Made by a program: the position numbers and the translations under genes. DNA of 64,000 nt from an uncultured Gemmatimonadaceae bacterium (lineage in GTDB: Bacteria; Gemmatimonadota; Gemmatimonadetes; Gemmatimonadales; Gemmatimonadaceae). Below, one piece after another: positions 1 through 10,406 of the stretch. The notes beneath the pieces are model-generated. The model did no database searches, was not told where the DNA came from, and worked only from the letters and a program-made list of their open reading frames with translations. Position 1 is the stretch's first letter. Each line of letters begins with the position of its first letter. The stretch lies in NCBI GenBank assembly GCA_963829055.1, contig CAWHHI010000011.1, forward strand, positions 416,001 to 480,000, given 5' to 3'.

Positions 1-28
1 GCGGGGATGAGCGGTCGGTCAGCGAAGA

Positions 29-312
29 TCAGTTACACGTCTCTTTCACCAGCGCGTCGAGCGATCTTCACTCGGTGCTGTTGGACGCGTGTCGGCCGGT
101 GCGGCATCGAGCTCCGTCTTCGCGACATCGCGCTCGGTGGCGTAGACGCGACAGATCGTCGAACCACCAGAGATGTCCGCGGCTGTCGCAGACGCCTGTG
201 CGGCCATCGGCGCGACGACCGGTGCCGTCGGGCCTACCCCGGGCTTCGCTTGCTCGTCGTCGCACGACGCGACGAAGAGAACTGCAATCAGAAGAGGGAT
301 CGTGCGTTTCAT
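29..312 (-). CDS. small lipoprotein, paralog of 6564..6848 (frameshift near 3' end)
   Basis: Starts MKRTIPLLIAVLFVASC (lipobox) with a GGGAG RBS. Has STICRVYATERDVAK. An alternative frame ends SLDALVKETCN* (TGA at 29-31), the same C-terminus as the paralog. Confidence 0.75.
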
Positions 313-950
313 TGGAGCTCCCACGACAATCAGAGTTGCCGACCGCGCGTCGGCGAACGCCTTTTCGGTAGCTGGGCGGTCTCCTAACGCGGGAGATCCC
401 TGGCTTTGCGGACCGGCCTCGCGACCGGGGTGCCTTTGTCGAATGGAACGGAAGACAACGGCGATGATCGAGCGCGACGTGCGCCGGTCATCGTGACTAC
501 TCGAGCGTGTGTGCCTGACGAGTGGAGCGCTCGGCGACAGCCCGGCGGCGATCTCCGCTAGTCAGAGCGGCACGGAGAGAAGGCAACCCGCGCACCGCCG
601 GCGGACGTGCGTCGTGTCCGTACCGTCAACCGCAGGGAATGCATGCGGTTGTGGGTGATCGCTTGGGGCACTAACCAAATCGGCGGCAGCGGGTGCCGGC
701 GACGGCGCTGTTGCGCCGCCGCGCACGCGTCGTGGGTGCGCTGCCACACGTTCGCGACGCGCGAGGCGTGTCAAACCCCGTTCGGAGGTCCGCGGAGCGC
801 GCGGACGATCTGTCCGAACGTACGCTGCCAACGTGACCGGGCGGCCGCGCGGGCGACGGCGAGTCGCTCGTGGTAACAGCGGTTCGTGGGTGGCGACCGC
901 AGTTGTTAGGCGGCCGGCCGCACGCACGGAACAGGGCGTGGATGCACGAA

Positions 951-1018
951 TCCCCTACGAGGCGCCCCCTTTCGTGCGGCTCTCGTAGGGGATCGTCGCT
1001 GCCGGACCCCGGCAGCGA
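951..1018 (-). terminator. double hairpin downstream of the giant surface protein gene, possible terminator
   Basis: TCCCCTACGAG(951-961)...CTCGTAGGGGA(982-992) and TCGCTGCCGG-ACC-CCGGCAGCGA(996-1018), just past the stop at 1032. No clear U-tract. Confidence 0.4.
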
Positions 1019-1031
1019 TGCCTATCGTGCG

Positions 1032-4000
1032 CTACTTGTCGTGAATCTGAATGCTACCACCACCGAGGAGTGCGTGGTGTGCCAGACGGATCGCGGTCGT
1101 CCGGCGCGCCCATTCGGTTGTCGTAACGGTGGCACCGTCGGTGCCATTGCGTTCTTGATTCCGATTTTCATGCGGAACGTGTCGGGCGCGCCCTTCGACT
1201 CGTCGCCGTCGATGGCGGTGAGCATGAAGCCGTACCTCACCGCCTCCGTTGATCGTGCCGACGCCCTTGTACTGCGCCTTCGTGCCGGCGATCACGAGCC
1301 AGTCGTACGACGTCGAGCTTGAAGTTCAAGTTGCCGGCCTGGAACTGGAACTCCGTGTTGCCCGTCCGGCGCGGTCTGACCCTTCTTGTACTTCGCGACG
1401 AAGCCGAAGTTGGCCTTGCCCACTGCGCCGCCGCACGTCCGGCTAAGCTGACAGGCGCCCGACGGCGAGTTGATCCAGCCGCCGCCGGTCACGAATCCAC
1501 CGGACGGGTCGTACACGACTATGTAAGCGAAGGTCTCGCTCTGACTGGTGCGCGACCCGGTGCCGGCATTGTTATCCCTGACCGTGACCCGCACCGTATA
1601 GACCCCCGCTGCTTGGTACGTGTTGCCCCCTGATACGATGCCTTGCACGCTGGAGGTCGGCTCCGACGCGACCGGTGAAAACGTCGAGGTGAAGCTGCCA
1701 GGCGTTTTCGCATTCGTCGCGAGGTCCCAATCCCAATCGACGCTGAACGTGTGCGTATCCGTCAGCCCCGGGTCAATGAACTTCGCGGTCAGATTGGCCG
1801 CCGACCCAAGTGAGATCGCCGTCGTTGGTAACGTTATCGATGTGACGGTCGGCGCGACGTTATTGACCGTCAGAACCTTCGTTAGGCTCGTCCCGGCGTA
1901 GTTCTGATCGCTCGAGACGAAATCCACGCGAATATCATACGGCCCTGCGCCGAACACCGGCGTTCCAACAGTGACGGTTGTTGATGGAAGCAATGTGTAC
2001 ACAAAAGTGCCAGCGACCGCTGGACCCGCGATTACCGGTTGAGCTATAGCGTTGAGTTGTGCCGCCGTGAGCTGGCTTCCTTGGTCCACGGAAGACGGCA
2101 TGCCGTTCCAAACGATCGCAGGCGTCGCCTTCGTCACTGAGAGTTTTCCGTTGACGTAAGCGATGTTGTAGTTCGCGAGCGCGCCGCCGACCGCTGCCGT
2201 CGGGATGATGTCGTACGGCGAACCCGCTACCGCTGCCGCCGCTGGTGTGCCAGCACTGGTGAGCGTGACGGACGCGACCACGTCGCCATTCACCAGCTGA
2301 CCGCTCCCGGTGGTGAAGCCGGTTGCTCCGTCCAGAACCAGTGCCTGGCCATATGTCTTCGTCGCGTTCTTAGCCGTGATCGTGAGCGCCCGCGCGTTCA
2401 CCGTCAGCTTACCGTCTACGTAGCCGACCGCGTAGTTGGCGAGCCCCGTCCCAGCGGCGGCACTCGGCGCGACTGCGAAGGGCGAGCCAGCGACCAATGC
2501 CGTCGCCGCGGCTCCCGCACTCGTCAACGTTACACCGGTCACCGCGTCTCCATTGACCAACTGCCCGGCTACTGTCGTGAACCCGGCCGCGCCGTCCAGC
2601 GCGGCGACGTCACCGTAGGTCTTGCTGACGTCCTTGGCGGTAATCGTCAGGGTCCGATGATTCACAGTCAGCTTGCCGGGGACATAGCCGATCGCGTAGT
2701 TCGTGAGTCCCGTACCGACGGCTACGCTCGCGACGACGTCGTACGGCGAGCCAGCGACCAGGGCGGTTACAACGGCACCCGGGCTCGCCAGCGTCACGCT
2801 GTTGACGACGTCGTTGTTCACGAGCTGGCCCGCTCCTGTTGTGAATCCCACTGCGCCGTCAAGCGTGGCGGCGTCGCCGTACACCTTACTCGCGTCCTTG
2901 GCGGTAATCGTCAGGGGACGCGGGTCGACCTTCAGATTGCCCTTTACGTAGCTGATCACGTAGTTGGCCAAGGCCGCACCCGACGCGGCGCTGGCTATGA
3001 TGTCGTAGTTCCCCACCGCCGCCGTTCCTAGCGTACCGGCGCTCGTCAACGTCACGCCGTTCACAGCGTCGCCATTCACCAGATCGCCGGTCCCGGTCGT
3101 AAAGCCCGACGCGCCATTGAGAGTGGCGACGTCGCCGTAGATCTTAGCGAGGTCCTTGGCCGTGATCGTTAGGGTCCGCGGCTTCACGGTGAGCTTGCCG
3201 GCTGCGTAGTCGATCGCGTAGTTGTCCAATCCCGTGCCTACCGCCGCACTCGCTGCGATCGCGTATGGTGAGCCTCCCACGAGTGCGGCCCCCGGCGCGC
3301 CGGCGCTCGTCAGCGTCACGCTGTTCACGACGTCTTCGTTCACCAACTGCCCGGACCCGGTCGAGAACTCGTTTCCGGCGAAGGTCACCATTTCGCCATA
3401 GGTCTTGGTCCTGTCGTTGGCGGTAACGGTCAACGGCCGTGGGCTCACGTTCAGCTTGCCCTTCTGGTAAGTGACAGTGTAGTTCAGCAGTCCGGTGCCG
3501 ACTGCCGCGCTTGCGACGATGTCGTAGCTCGGCCACTGTCGCCGTCGCCACCGCGCCTGGGCTGATCAAACGTGACGCTGCTGACCACGTCTCCGTTCAC
3601 CAAGTCGCCTGTGCTAGTTGTGAAGCCGCTCGCCCCGTCGAGTACCGCCGGATCGCCATAGATCTTGTTGGCATCCTTGGCGGTAATGGTGAGCGGACGC
3701 GGCCCGACGGTCAGCTTGCCGTTCACGTAGCCGATTGTGTAGTTGCGCGAGTCCCGTGCCGACGGCATTGCTCGCGACAATGTCGTACGGCGACCCACCG
3801 ACGGACGCCGATGCAGGCGCGCCAGCGCTCGTCAGCGTCACCGAGCTCACTCCGTCGCCGTTGAGCAGTCCCACCGTTGTGAACTCGGTACCGGCGAAGG
3901 TCACCGTTTGACCGTAGACCTTTGTACGCGCGGCGGCGGTAATTGTCAGCGCCTTCGGGTCGACCTTCAGCTTCCCGACGGCATACGTGATCACGTAGTT

Positions 4001-6532
4001 CGTGAGCCCCGTGCCCACGGCATTGCTCGGTGTGATGTCGTACGGTGACCCCGCACACCGCCGCCGTCGCCGCCGCGCCTACGCTCGAGAGGGCAACGGA
4101 GGCTACGGCGTCGCCGCTAACGACGCCGGTCGCCGTAAACTCTGTACCGGCGAAAGTCACTGCTTCGCCGTAGGCCTTTGTTCGGTCGCTGGCGGTGATA
4201 GTCAGTGCCTTCGGATCGACCTTCAAGAGTGCGGTTCCAAACGACCCCGCCAGCGTGGCGTCTGCCGTGAATTCGGCACGCACGCCTGAGCTGGCGCCCG
4301 GGCTATACGTCCCTGCGTTGACTCCCGCGAGACTCACGTTAGGCAATATCGCGACGCCACTCGCATTGGTCGTTGCCGTTCCGGCAGGGGTTCCGTTCAG
4401 TGAAAACGCGACGGCCTTCCCGGAGAGCGGAGTAGTTCCAGTCTTGAGCGTGGCCCTCAGCGTGGCCGTTCCGCCGTAGGCACCCGTTGCCGGATCGACC
4501 GCCAGCGTGGTCGCAATTTGATTGATGACCTGGGCGACCTGTGTACTGGTGCTAGTCACGAAGTTTGTAGCACCGGCGTACGTGGCAGTGACGTTGTGCG
4601 TGCCGACCACCAAGGCTGATGTCGTGAACGTTGCCGTTTGCACGCCACCGATATTCGAGAGCGGCACGGCACCAAGGGTCGTCGCGCCTTCCTTGAAATC
4701 GACATTCCCCGTTGGCGTGCCCGCTCCTGGACTCACGGCCGCGACGGTTGCCGTGAACGTCACCGGCTGACCGAACGTCGACGGGTTGAGGGACGACGCA
4801 AGCGTTGTAGTCGTCTGCGCTTGATTGACGACTTGGCTGAGGGGCGCACTCGTACTCGCGTTGAAACTCCCTGCGACGCCGGTGTAGTCGACGGTGATGG
4901 AATGCGAACCGACAATGAGCGCGCTGGTTGACACAGTCGCCTGTCCATTCGCCAAGTTTACGGTACCTAGCGCCGCTGCTCCGTCCTTGAATGTGACCGA
5001 CCCACTCGGGGTGCCAGCCGAAGCCGTGACGGTCGCAGTAAATGTGACAGACTGGCCAAATACGGATGGGTTGGCCGAGCTTGCCACCGTTGTGGTGGTG
5101 TTGACCGCAGATGGCGCGGCGATCGCCAGCGTGACATTGGCCGATTCCTCGAACTGAGGATTGGGCGGCCCACAGTCGCCAGCACTCCCTGTAGCTCGGA
5201 CCTTGAACGTATGGTTTCCGGTCGCAACTGCGGCGGTCGTATTCACCGTCAGCAGCGAATTCCTAACGTCTTGGTTTGCACCCTGTAAGGTGGACGGAGC
5301 AAACGTGGCCGTCGCGCCACTTGGCAGTCCAACAGCGGTAAGGGTGACCGTACATGTACCACTGCCGTTGAACGCGACTGCAACAGACGTCGCTGCGGTA
5401 GTGCCGTACGTGGCTGATCCACCCGGGCTGAACGAGCTCGGCGTCTGACCACCGAGAACGGTTACAGTCTTGATCGAGGTGTTGTCGGTGAACGTCGTCT
5501 GGGCGCGGCGACCGCTTGCTGACCGACCGCCGTCAGCACGAACCGCACGCCGATGTCGTATTCCTTCGGCGCGAAGTCGGTGTTGGTGATGCTTCCGTTC
5601 CCGTCTGCGATCGCGGTCAACTCGGTATCTGCGTCGCGTAGCGGATCCATGTGCAACGTCAACTTCACTGTCTCACCGGCCTGCCAGCCGGAACCCGTGA
5701 TGACGACTGGAGTCCCAGGCGCATAGTCGTCCTTATCCGTCTTGACCACGGCGCCGGTCGTGTTTCCCGCCTCGACGGTGAGCAGCACCACCTGCCCACC
5801 AACCGACGTCCCCGTCTGCCCCACGGCATCGAGGCTGACTCCGGCCGCCCCGTTAGGCACCTGGAACCCATACGTCGCCATGTTCGCGTAGGCGATCGGC
5901 CCCGTACCCGAGGTCAGAATCGTCGTGCCCCGCGAGTTCAACGCGCGGGCAGCGTCATAGCTCAACAGGTTCGCATCCGCCGTTACCGGCAGCGGCGTGA
6001 TCCCACGCAGCCAGTCATACCGCGCGCTGGACGACGACGAACCATCGAGCAACCCAACGAGCCCCGGCCCCTTCGCCGTCCCGAACGCTCCGGCGGCCCA
6101 CGCCGTGAGGTTCTGGATCAACGCATCCTTCGCCGTCCTGTTGGACGCACCCTGATCCGGCGATCCCGACCACAGTGCGATCCGCCCGATGAGCGCCGCC
6201 TTGAGGTGCTCCACCACCTCCGGGTCGCGCAGCTTCGCGTACGGCTGCGACGTCGCGCCATCGGCCAGCGACGGCACGACGAACACCGAATACGTGAACA
6301 GGTCGACCGTCTTGAGGTCGACCGTCCCGCCGGTGCCGTCGAACCCGCGGTCGACGCCTAACGGGAACGCGCCGCCGCTCAGGGCAGTGACGATCGCGTT
6401 ACACCCGGTCGCGTCGACCGACACCGGGCAGTACACCAGCGCCTTCTGGGCCTGGGTCGTGGACGGCACTACGGCAAGTACGCCGAGCATCACGCTGGCG
6501 AGCAGCGTGACGCGCTGAATCGACAATCTCAT
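1032..6532 (-). CDS. giant secreted/surface protein: 2 bacterial Ig-like (group 3) domains, 8 MBG-type repeats, PKD-like domain and conserved C-terminal beta domain (~1800 aa, several frameshifts)
   Basis: Merged from ORFs 5462-6532, 3723-5246, 3614-4018, 3484-3798, 1292-3448 and 1032-1295. Signal peptide MRLSIQRVTLLASVMLGVLAVVPSTTQAQ. TTTTxASSxNPSxFGQxVTFTATV occurs twice and LT(I/V)TAxxxxKxYG eight times. C-terminal VVYDPSGGFVTGGGWINSP...GKANFGFVAKY...GGGSIQIHDK*. Confidence 0.85.
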
Positions 6533-6563
6533 GTGTCGCGCTCGTTAGGCGAAGGAGGCAGGA

Positions 6564-6848
6564 TCAGTTGCAGGTTTCCTTGACGAGCGCATCCAGCGAC
6601 TTCAGTCGCTGCTGGCCGAGCGTATCGGCCACGGTCGAATCGAGCTGAGCCTTAGCGACGTCACGCTCGACGAGATACACGCGGCAAATGGTCGACGCAC
6701 CACTGGGGACGTCGGTCGCGGATGCGGATGCCGCCGCCGCAGTGGGCGCCACCGCTGGCGCGGTGGGCACGGCGGAAGACTTCGACGGCTCGTCTTCACA
6801 GCCGACGACGAACGAGATCGCGAGAAGAACGGGGATCGCGCGCTTCAT
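6564..6848 (-). CDS. small lipoprotein of unknown function (94 aa)
   Basis: MKRAIPVLLAISFVVGC lipobox, Pro/Ala linker, then STICRVYLVERDVAKAQLD...SLDALVKETCN. Ends 31 bp before the giant surface protein start. Confidence 0.8.
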   Translation of the reverse strand: MKRAIPVLLAISFVVGCEDEPSKSSAVPTAPAVAPTAAAASASATDVPSGASTICRVYLVERDVAKAQLDSTVADTLGQQRLKSLDALVKETCN

Positions 6849-7144
6849 CTTTGCACCAGGAATTGTCGGGGTCGCCGATAGCGATATCGGCAAGGCGAGT
6901 ACACGAGGCGTCTGATGCACGGCGGGACCTGCGACATCGCACCGGACCGCACACGAGCCCGAGCTCAGATCACCCAGCGCCGCGCAAACATCTGATCGCG
7001 CAGCGTAACAGCATCACAGTGACGAAACTGTGACGGCTGAATTACGGTTCGTTCATGGTCGCCGGATGTCGACACGGCGAGTCATGTCCATACCCGCGAT
7101 GCTAAGAAATTCGCGAGATGGTTTTCCTTAGTGTCCCGGCGAAT

Positions 7145-8587
7145 TCAGGCGGGCGCTGGTATCTCTCGACGCCGGAGCCGGCGGTCAGCTTCCTGGCTCA
7201 CGTCCGCGGCGGACAGGATGATGCGAAAAGTCGAGCCCTCGCCGACCTCGCTCTGCACCTCGAGACGATACCCCATGAGGTCGCATAACGATTTCGAGAC
7301 CGCGAGACCCAACCCGGTCCCACCGTACTGCCGCGCCGTGCTGCTGTCGGCTTGCTCGAACGCTCCGAAGATCGCTTGCTGTCTGTCGGCCGGAATACCG
7401 ATCCCGGTATCCACGACCTCAATGCGCTCCGGACGACGCGACGCCGCGTCCGCGAGGACCCGTACCACGACGCGACCGTGCTCGGTGAACTTGATCGCGT
7501 TCCCAATCAGGTTCGTGAGCACCTGCAACAGCTTCGCCGGGTCACTCATGATCGGCGTCAGGTGGTCGGGGATCTCCGCATCCAACACGATCGGGCGGTC
7601 GCGCAACTGCCCCTCGAACGACGCGATCGTGTCCTCGACCAACTCGCCAACGGCAACCGGAGCCCGCTCGAGCCGCATCCGCCCTGCCTCGATCTTCGAC
7701 AGATCCAGTACTTCGTCGATGAGCGAGAGCAGATGCCCGCCGCCGGCCTTGATGCGCTGCAGGTACACGAGATCCCGCTCCAGCAGGTTGCCCGCGCGGT
7801 TGCGCAGCAGCACGTTCGAGAAACCGATCACCGAGTTGAGTGGAGTCCGGAGCTCGTGACTCATCATGGCGAGGAACTCGCTCTTCGCGCGACTCGCCGC
7901 CTCCGCAAACTCCTTGGCGCGGCGCGCCTCCTCCTCGGCCCGAAGCCGTCGGTCAATGTCCCGGGTCACCACCAGCGCTGCTGCGAGGCCGAGCATCACC
8001 GCGACGAAGAAGCTCCCGGCGATGAGCGTCGTCGCGCGACTCATGCTGTGGCGCTCCTGCTCGGACCGGTCGCGAAGGCGCGCGGATTCGTCGGCAGCCA
8101 TGGCCGCCACTACACCACGAATCGAATCCATCACCACGCGTCCTCGGCCGGACCGAGCAGACGTGGCGGCGCTATTGAAGCCTCCGTTCGCCCGCAGGCG
8201 GATGGCGTCGTCGAGAATCGCAAACCGCTGCGCCACGAGCGGCGTCAGCCGCTCGAGTCGCTCCCGCTGCGCCGAGTCGCCCTCGGCAAGACGCTCGAGT
8301 GCTCGAAGCCGAGTGACAGCGTCGGCCTCCGCGGTCCGATACGGTTCGAGGTACTGTGCGTCACCCGTGATGACGAAACCACGCGAGCCTGTCTCGGCTC
8401 CAGTAACGAGAGAAAGGACATCCTGGAGCGTGCGCAGGATGACGTTCGTGCGTTCCGCGCGCGCGGTCGTTTCGCCGAGCCGCTCGACGCTCTGGTATGC
8501 GATCGCCCCGATCACGGCGAGATAGAGGACCCCCACCATGAACGCCCCCGCGACCTTCTCGGACAGCGTTAGGCGACGCAACTTCAT
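7145..8587 (-). CDS. CHASE3-domain sensor histidine kinase
   Basis: Two TM helices flank CHASE3-like AETGSRGFVITGDAQYLEPY. H-box MSHELRTPLNSVIGF, N-box NLIGNAIKFT, and G-boxes DTGIGI and GGTGLGL. Confidence 0.92.
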   Translation of the reverse strand: MKLRRLTLSEKVAGAFMVGVLYLAVIGAIAYQSVERLGETTARAERTNVILRTLQDVLSLVTGAETGSRGFVITGDAQYLEPYRTAEADAVTRLRALERLAEGDSAQRERLERLTPLVAQRFAILDDAIRLRANGGFNSAATSARSGRGRVVMDSIRGVVAAMAADESARLRDRSEQERHSMSRATTLIAGSFFVAVMLGLAAALVVTRDIDRRLRAEEEARRAKEFAEAASRAKSEFLAMMSHELRTPLNSVIGFSNVLLRNRAGNLLERDLVYLQRIKAGGGHLLSLIDEVLDLSKIEAGRMRLERAPVAVGELVEDTIASFEGQLRDRPIVLDAEIPDHLTPIMSDPAKLLQVLTNLIGNAIKFTEHGRVVVRVLADAASRRPERIEVVDTGIGIPADRQQAIFGAFEQADSSTARQYGGTGLGLAVSKSLCDLMGYRLEVQSEVGEGSTFRIILSAADVSQEADRRLRRREIPAPA

Positions 8588-9428
8588 GACGGATGGCGCC
8601 CGTTGTCAGGAATCCCGGTCGACGAACCCGGGCTACGACGGGCGAGCAACCGTTCGATGGCGTGGACGAGCAGATCTGCTCGTCCACGATGGGCTTCGCC
8701 ACATAGTCGTCGAACCCGGCGGTGAGGTAACGCTCCCGATCACCCGCCATCGCATGCGCCGTGACCGCGATGACCGGCACCGTCCGTAACGTCCGATCCT
8801 GGCGCATGCGTGCAAGTACCTCTATGCCGTCCATGCCGGGGAGCGACACATCGAGAAGCACGAGATCCGGCCGGCGGCTGACCATCGCCTCGAGCGCGTC
8901 GGCACCAGTCGGATATTCGTCGAGGACGAATCGGTCGCCGAGAATCGCCTCGACAAGCAGCCGATTATCCGCGTTGTCCTCGATCACGGCGATGACGGGC
9001 CCTGCGGACGAGATCGCGCGAGTGGACGGACGTGCACCAGCTCCGGTGCGCGCGATGAGCCACTCGCTGAACGCGGCATAGTGTCCCTCTGCCTCCACGA
9101 GAAGCGTCTCTCCGGCGGCAAGATCTTCTCGCTCCGCCGCGCCTTCCGCCGCGTCACAGACCTTTGCGAGCGCGTCGGCGCCGAGCTGCGCTGCGCTCGA
9201 CTTCATCGCATGGGCGAAACGCGCGAGAGACGAAGCGTCCCGCGACGTCAATGCGGCGCGAGCACCCTCGAACCGCTCCGGCATGTCCTGGAGAAAGATC
9301 GCGGCAAGGCTACGCACGAAATCTTCACCCCCGAGTCGCATCAGCCGCTCGAGCGTCGCGGTCTCGCGATCGCGAGACACGAGTTCAGCGCCGCCTGTGG
9401 CGCGATCGGAATCAGCGGGGCCGTGCAC
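8584..9428 (-). CDS. Hpt domain + receiver domain response regulator (frameshift near 3' end)
   Basis: Hpt AHAMKSSAAQLGA; REC IEDNADN...LLDVSLPGMDG...AVTAHA...YVAKP. The shifted frame continues LLVHAIERLLARR...HPS* with an ATGA overlap onto the kinase start. Confidence 0.85.
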
Positions 9429-9433
9429 GTCGG

Positions 9434-10127
9434 TCAGGCCGTTTCTTTCCCCATCGCGTCGTGGGACAGCATGAAGCCTATGCCCCGCACGGTCTCCAGC
9501 TGTACGCTGGCGTTCGCCGATCGGAGCTTTGCCCGGAGGCGCGCGACGTGCACGTCAACGACGTTGGAACCGGGGTCGAAATGAAAGTCCCACACCTTCT
9601 CCAGAAGCTCGGTTCGCGGCACGACTTCGTCGGCCCTCACCATTAGATACTCGAGAAGCGCGAACTCCTTGGGCGTCATGTGAAGCGCCTGGCCCTCCAC
9701 CGTCGCGGTGCGCTTCCGGCTGTCGAGTCGAATGCCACCCAGGGCCAATGGCTCAGCGGCGCCGCGCGCCTCCACGACGCACCAGGGCACGAACGCGCGC
9801 TTTCAGCTCGTCGAGATCGAACGGCTTGATCAGATAGTCATCGGCGCCAGCGTCGAGCCCGCGCACGACGTCCTGCGTTTCTCGCCGGCCCGTGAGGATG
9901 AGCGTAGGCGTCAGTCGGCCCTCGCGCCGCATCTCCTGGAGCAACTGCAGCCCCGACTTCAGCGGAAGCAGCAGGTCCAGCACGATGGCGTCGTACTCGT
10001 TCACGAACGCAAGCGCCCCGGCCTGCTCGCCATCGGACGCGACATCCACGGCGAATCCATCTTCCGTGAGCGCGCGGCGAATCAGCGCCGAAAGCATCCG
10101 ATCATCTTCAACGACCAGTAGCTTCAT
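9434..10127 (-). CDS. OmpR/PhoB-family DNA-binding response regulator (frameshift ~9770)
   Basis: REC MKLLVVEDD...LDLLLP...GADDYLIKPF; winged helix TPKEFALLEYL...NVVDVHVARLRAKL...ETVRGIGF. Confidence 0.9.
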
Positions 10128-10406
10128 AAGAGGTCAGTCACGAGACCGCGCAGACTGGGGGAATCTCGGCTCCGCGTCGTCGTTATAACCGCCGGAGCCA
10201 GCCTGGGCCAAGGCGTTCCCAAGCAATCAACAGACCGTTCCGGGGCGCCGATAGACCCCAATCGGCGTCGGGTTAGCTGGCGGTTGGGCGGCCAACCGTG
10301 CCCGGTAAGTACCCAGTAACACGGCCGGGACGACGGTCAAACGGCCGATGACCGCGCTGGGCGGCCACCGGCTCGAACGATGGGACGACGGAGCCTCAGC
10401 TCCTCT

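Noticed and set aside
390..950. Short ORFs (558..749 -, 562..927 -, 607..876 +) in the gap between the lipoprotein and the adhesin
   Set aside because: Arg/Ala/Pro-rich translations with no recognisable motif or clear RBS; cannot be supported as genes.
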